64,000 nt of DNA from an uncultured Chloroflexia bacterium (GTDB taxonomy: Bacteria; Chloroflexota; Limnocylindria; Limnocylindrales; CSP1-4): positions 672,001-736,000 of the forward strand of contig CAVXPZ010000003.1 in NCBI GenBank assembly GCA_963763775.1, given 5' to 3'. The position numbers and the translations under genes are program-made. Of the stretch, positions 62,169-64,000 are shown piece by piece. The notes beneath the pieces are model-generated. The model saw only the letters and a list, made by a program, of their open reading frames with translations. It made no database searches and was not told the origin of the DNA. Within the stretch, counting starts at the first letter, position 1. The number at the start of each line of letters is the position of its first letter.

Positions 62169-62788
62169 CTCCCGACCAGGTATCCGGTTTCTTCGATGCG
62201 GGCGAGAGCTTCATCGAGGGGACGATCGCCGCGGCACTCGTCGTGCTGTGGCTGCTGGCGCTCGCGCTCCACCTCGGGCGGTCCTACATGGTCCGCACGA
62301 CCGGCAAGTTCACCCTGCGCCTGGGGGCGGACCTGTGGTGGATCATCTACATCGCGCTGCGCGACCTCATCGTCGTCCAGGTCTTCATCGGCAGCTTCAT
62401 CTTCTTCTACCCGGACGTCGTCGCCGGCCAGGCCTTGCCGATCACGGGCGGGCTCGCCGCGGTCTGCGCGTTCGGTGTGCTGCTCATCAAGCTGTTCCGG
62501 CACAGCGATGAGACCCAGGCGTTCCGCTGGCAGCTCGTCCTCCTCGGGATCGGGGCCACCCTCTACATCGGCCCGTACCTGCTCGGCGTCCAGATGACCG
62601 AGCTCCACGGCAAGAACGTCGAGCGACTCGTGCCGATGCTCGTGTCGAACCAGAACCTCGATGTCGCGTTGCCGCTGTGCTACCTCTCCGGCTGGCTCGT
62701 CGGCCTGCTCGGCCTGATCGCCGTCGGCTACAACCTGCGCTCGACCGGTCGCCGGCCGGCCGCCAAGACCCCGGAGGTCGCCCGATGA
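62165..62788 (+). CDS. Uncharacterised ~5-TM membrane protein (paralog A)
   Basis: GGAGGA RBS, ATGA overlap; LHLGR..FTLRLGADLWWIIYIALRD. Confidence 0.82.
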   Translation: MTPDQVSGFFDAGESFIEGTIAAALVVLWLLALALHLGRSYMVRTTGKFTLRLGADLWWIIYIALRDLIVVQVFIGSFIFFYPDVVAGQALPITGGLAAVCAFGVLLIKLFRHSDETQAFRWQLVLLGIGATLYIGPYLLGVQMTELHGKNVERLVPMLVSNQNLDVALPLCYLSGWLVGLLGLIAVGYNLRSTGRRPAAKTPEVAR

Positions 62789-63414
62789 ATGCCGACGATC
62801 TTGCCGCAGCCCTGACCACCGGCGCCTCCGGTTGGCTCGTCCTCTCGATCGCGGCGGTCCTGCCGATGATCTGGACGTTCACCCTGGTCATGCACTTCGC
62901 CCGCCCGACGGTGATCCGGTTCCTGCAGTCCCTGACGCTGCGCTTCGGCGGCGACGTCTGGTGGCTCTCCTACGTGCTGATCCGCGATGCCCTGCTGGTC
63001 ATCACCCTCGGCCTCGGCATGCTGTTCTTCATGCCGAACCTGTACTTCGTGCAGGGCCTTCCGATCACGGCGCCGCTGTCCGTGCTGATCCTGTTCTGGG
63101 CGCTGTGCGTCAAGATCGTCCGCGACCCGGACGAGGACCCCGGCGCATTCCGGCTCCTGAGCGTCCTGCTCGTGATCGCCTCGATCCTGTACATCGTGCC
63201 GCAGATCTACGGGCTGGAGGCCGCGGACCAGGAGTACCTCGGCGACCTGCCGGCGAAGCTCATCAGCAGCTCCAACCTCGAGTGGGCGCGGCCCATCTTC
63301 TGGGTCAGCCTCGGGCTGTTCGCGCTGACGGCGGGGGCGATGTTCGTCCGCGCGGTCATGCAGATCCGCGACCCGAAAGCCGTCGCTCCCGAGATCCCGG
63401 GCGGTGCCGCCTAG
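62785..63414 (+). CDS. Uncharacterised ~5-TM membrane protein (paralog B)
   Basis: GGAGG RBS, ATGA overlap; MHFAR..LTLRFGGDVWWLSYVLIRD. Confidence 0.82.
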   Translation: MNADDLAAALTTGASGWLVLSIAAVLPMIWTFTLVMHFARPTVIRFLQSLTLRFGGDVWWLSYVLIRDALLVITLGLGMLFFMPNLYFVQGLPITAPLSVLILFWALCVKIVRDPDEDPGAFRLLSVLLVIASILYIVPQIYGLEAADQEYLGDLPAKLISSSNLEWARPIFWVSLGLFALTAGAMFVRAVMQIRDPKAVAPEIPGGAA

Positions 63415-63442
63415 GGACGCGAGAGCCGGTACCGACCGGCGC

Positions 63443-64000
63443 CTACCCCTCGATCACGACGGCGTTCCCCGCCACGCGGACGCCGGACTCGCCCGGGACG
63501 ATCGACACGGTCAGTCGTCCCGGGCGTCCCATCTCGACGCCCTGGATGATCTCGAACGTGGCGGGCGGCCGGATCTCACCGCGGTCGCGAAGGTAGCCGC
63601 CGAACGCCGCCGCTGCGGCCCCGGTGGCTGGGTCCTCGACGACGCCGCCGACGGGGAACGGGTCCCGGGCGCGGAACCGCGTCGGTCCCTCGCGCCAGAC
63701 GAGCTGGACCGTCGTGAGGTCCGATCGGAGCATCGACGCCTTGAGCGCCTCGAACGGGTACTCGAGCCGGGCGAGCCGATCCGAGCTCGCGCGCGACCAG
63801 GATCAGGTGCTTCGCCCCGGCGAACGCGATGGCCGGCGGCAACGCCGGATCGAGCTCGTCCGCCGTCCAGCCGAGGAGCCCCATGACCTCGGCCAGCAGC
63901 GGCGCCTCCGGCTCGCGGGACCACGTCGCGACGGACGTGAGGGTCGCGACGATCCGCCCGTCGGGACCCGGGGCGACCGCGACGGGGACGATGCCGCCGT
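63443..64000 (-). CDS. PhzF family isomerase/epimerase, 5'-truncated by the window edge, frameshift near 63785
   Basis: RDPFPVGGVVEDPATGAAAAA, QGVEMGRP, VAG.AV. Confidence 0.85.

Noticed and set aside
12469-63790. Programmed ribosomal frameshifting or phase variation as the cause of the frame breaks
   Set aside because: No consistent slippery heptamers or long homopolymer tracts, and housekeeping genes are affected; sequencing error is more parsimonious.
1-64000. Many long Arg/Pro/Gly-rich antisense and alternate-frame ORFs
   Set aside because: Typical shadow ORFs of GC3-rich genes; no motifs or start signals.

Overview
Very GC-rich (roughly 70% or more by eye, not computed), gene-dense bacterial chromosome segment. 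Leaderless genes, LLM/F420-type enzymes, split pntA, and LAL and NarL regulators suggest Chloroflexota or Actinomycetota; this is inference. Many otherwise intact genes carry single indels, most likely long-read sequencing errors rather than true pseudogenes. Main blocks: (1) GGDEF, Lon-N, GNAT, Mo-oxidoreductase and GT2/flippase genes; (2) an ~18 kb quaternary-amine catabolic cluster (Opu-type ABC importer, IclR, enolase-superfamily enzyme, ALDH, non-pyrrolysine MttB, DMG-dehydrogenase-like protein, Fe-S-bearing sarcosine-oxidase-like subunits, Fe-ADH); (3) MerR with a TipA-like internal start, ATP-dependent ligase, and an Asp-substituted rhodanese paired with a PLP lyase; (4) a tRNA-Ile with the rare UAU anticodon; (5) orphan methyltransferase, LAL regulator and a hidden small peptide gene; (6) a transport cluster with non-canonical K+-channel and ClC motifs; (7) pntA1-A2-B, kynA and an XRE/F420 reductase/VOC block; (8) a NarX/NarL-type pair preceding a ferredoxin-GltD-like flavoprotein and two paralogous uncharacterised membrane proteins, the best candidate for an undescribed system. 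No CRISPR, prophage, IS or rRNA was seen.
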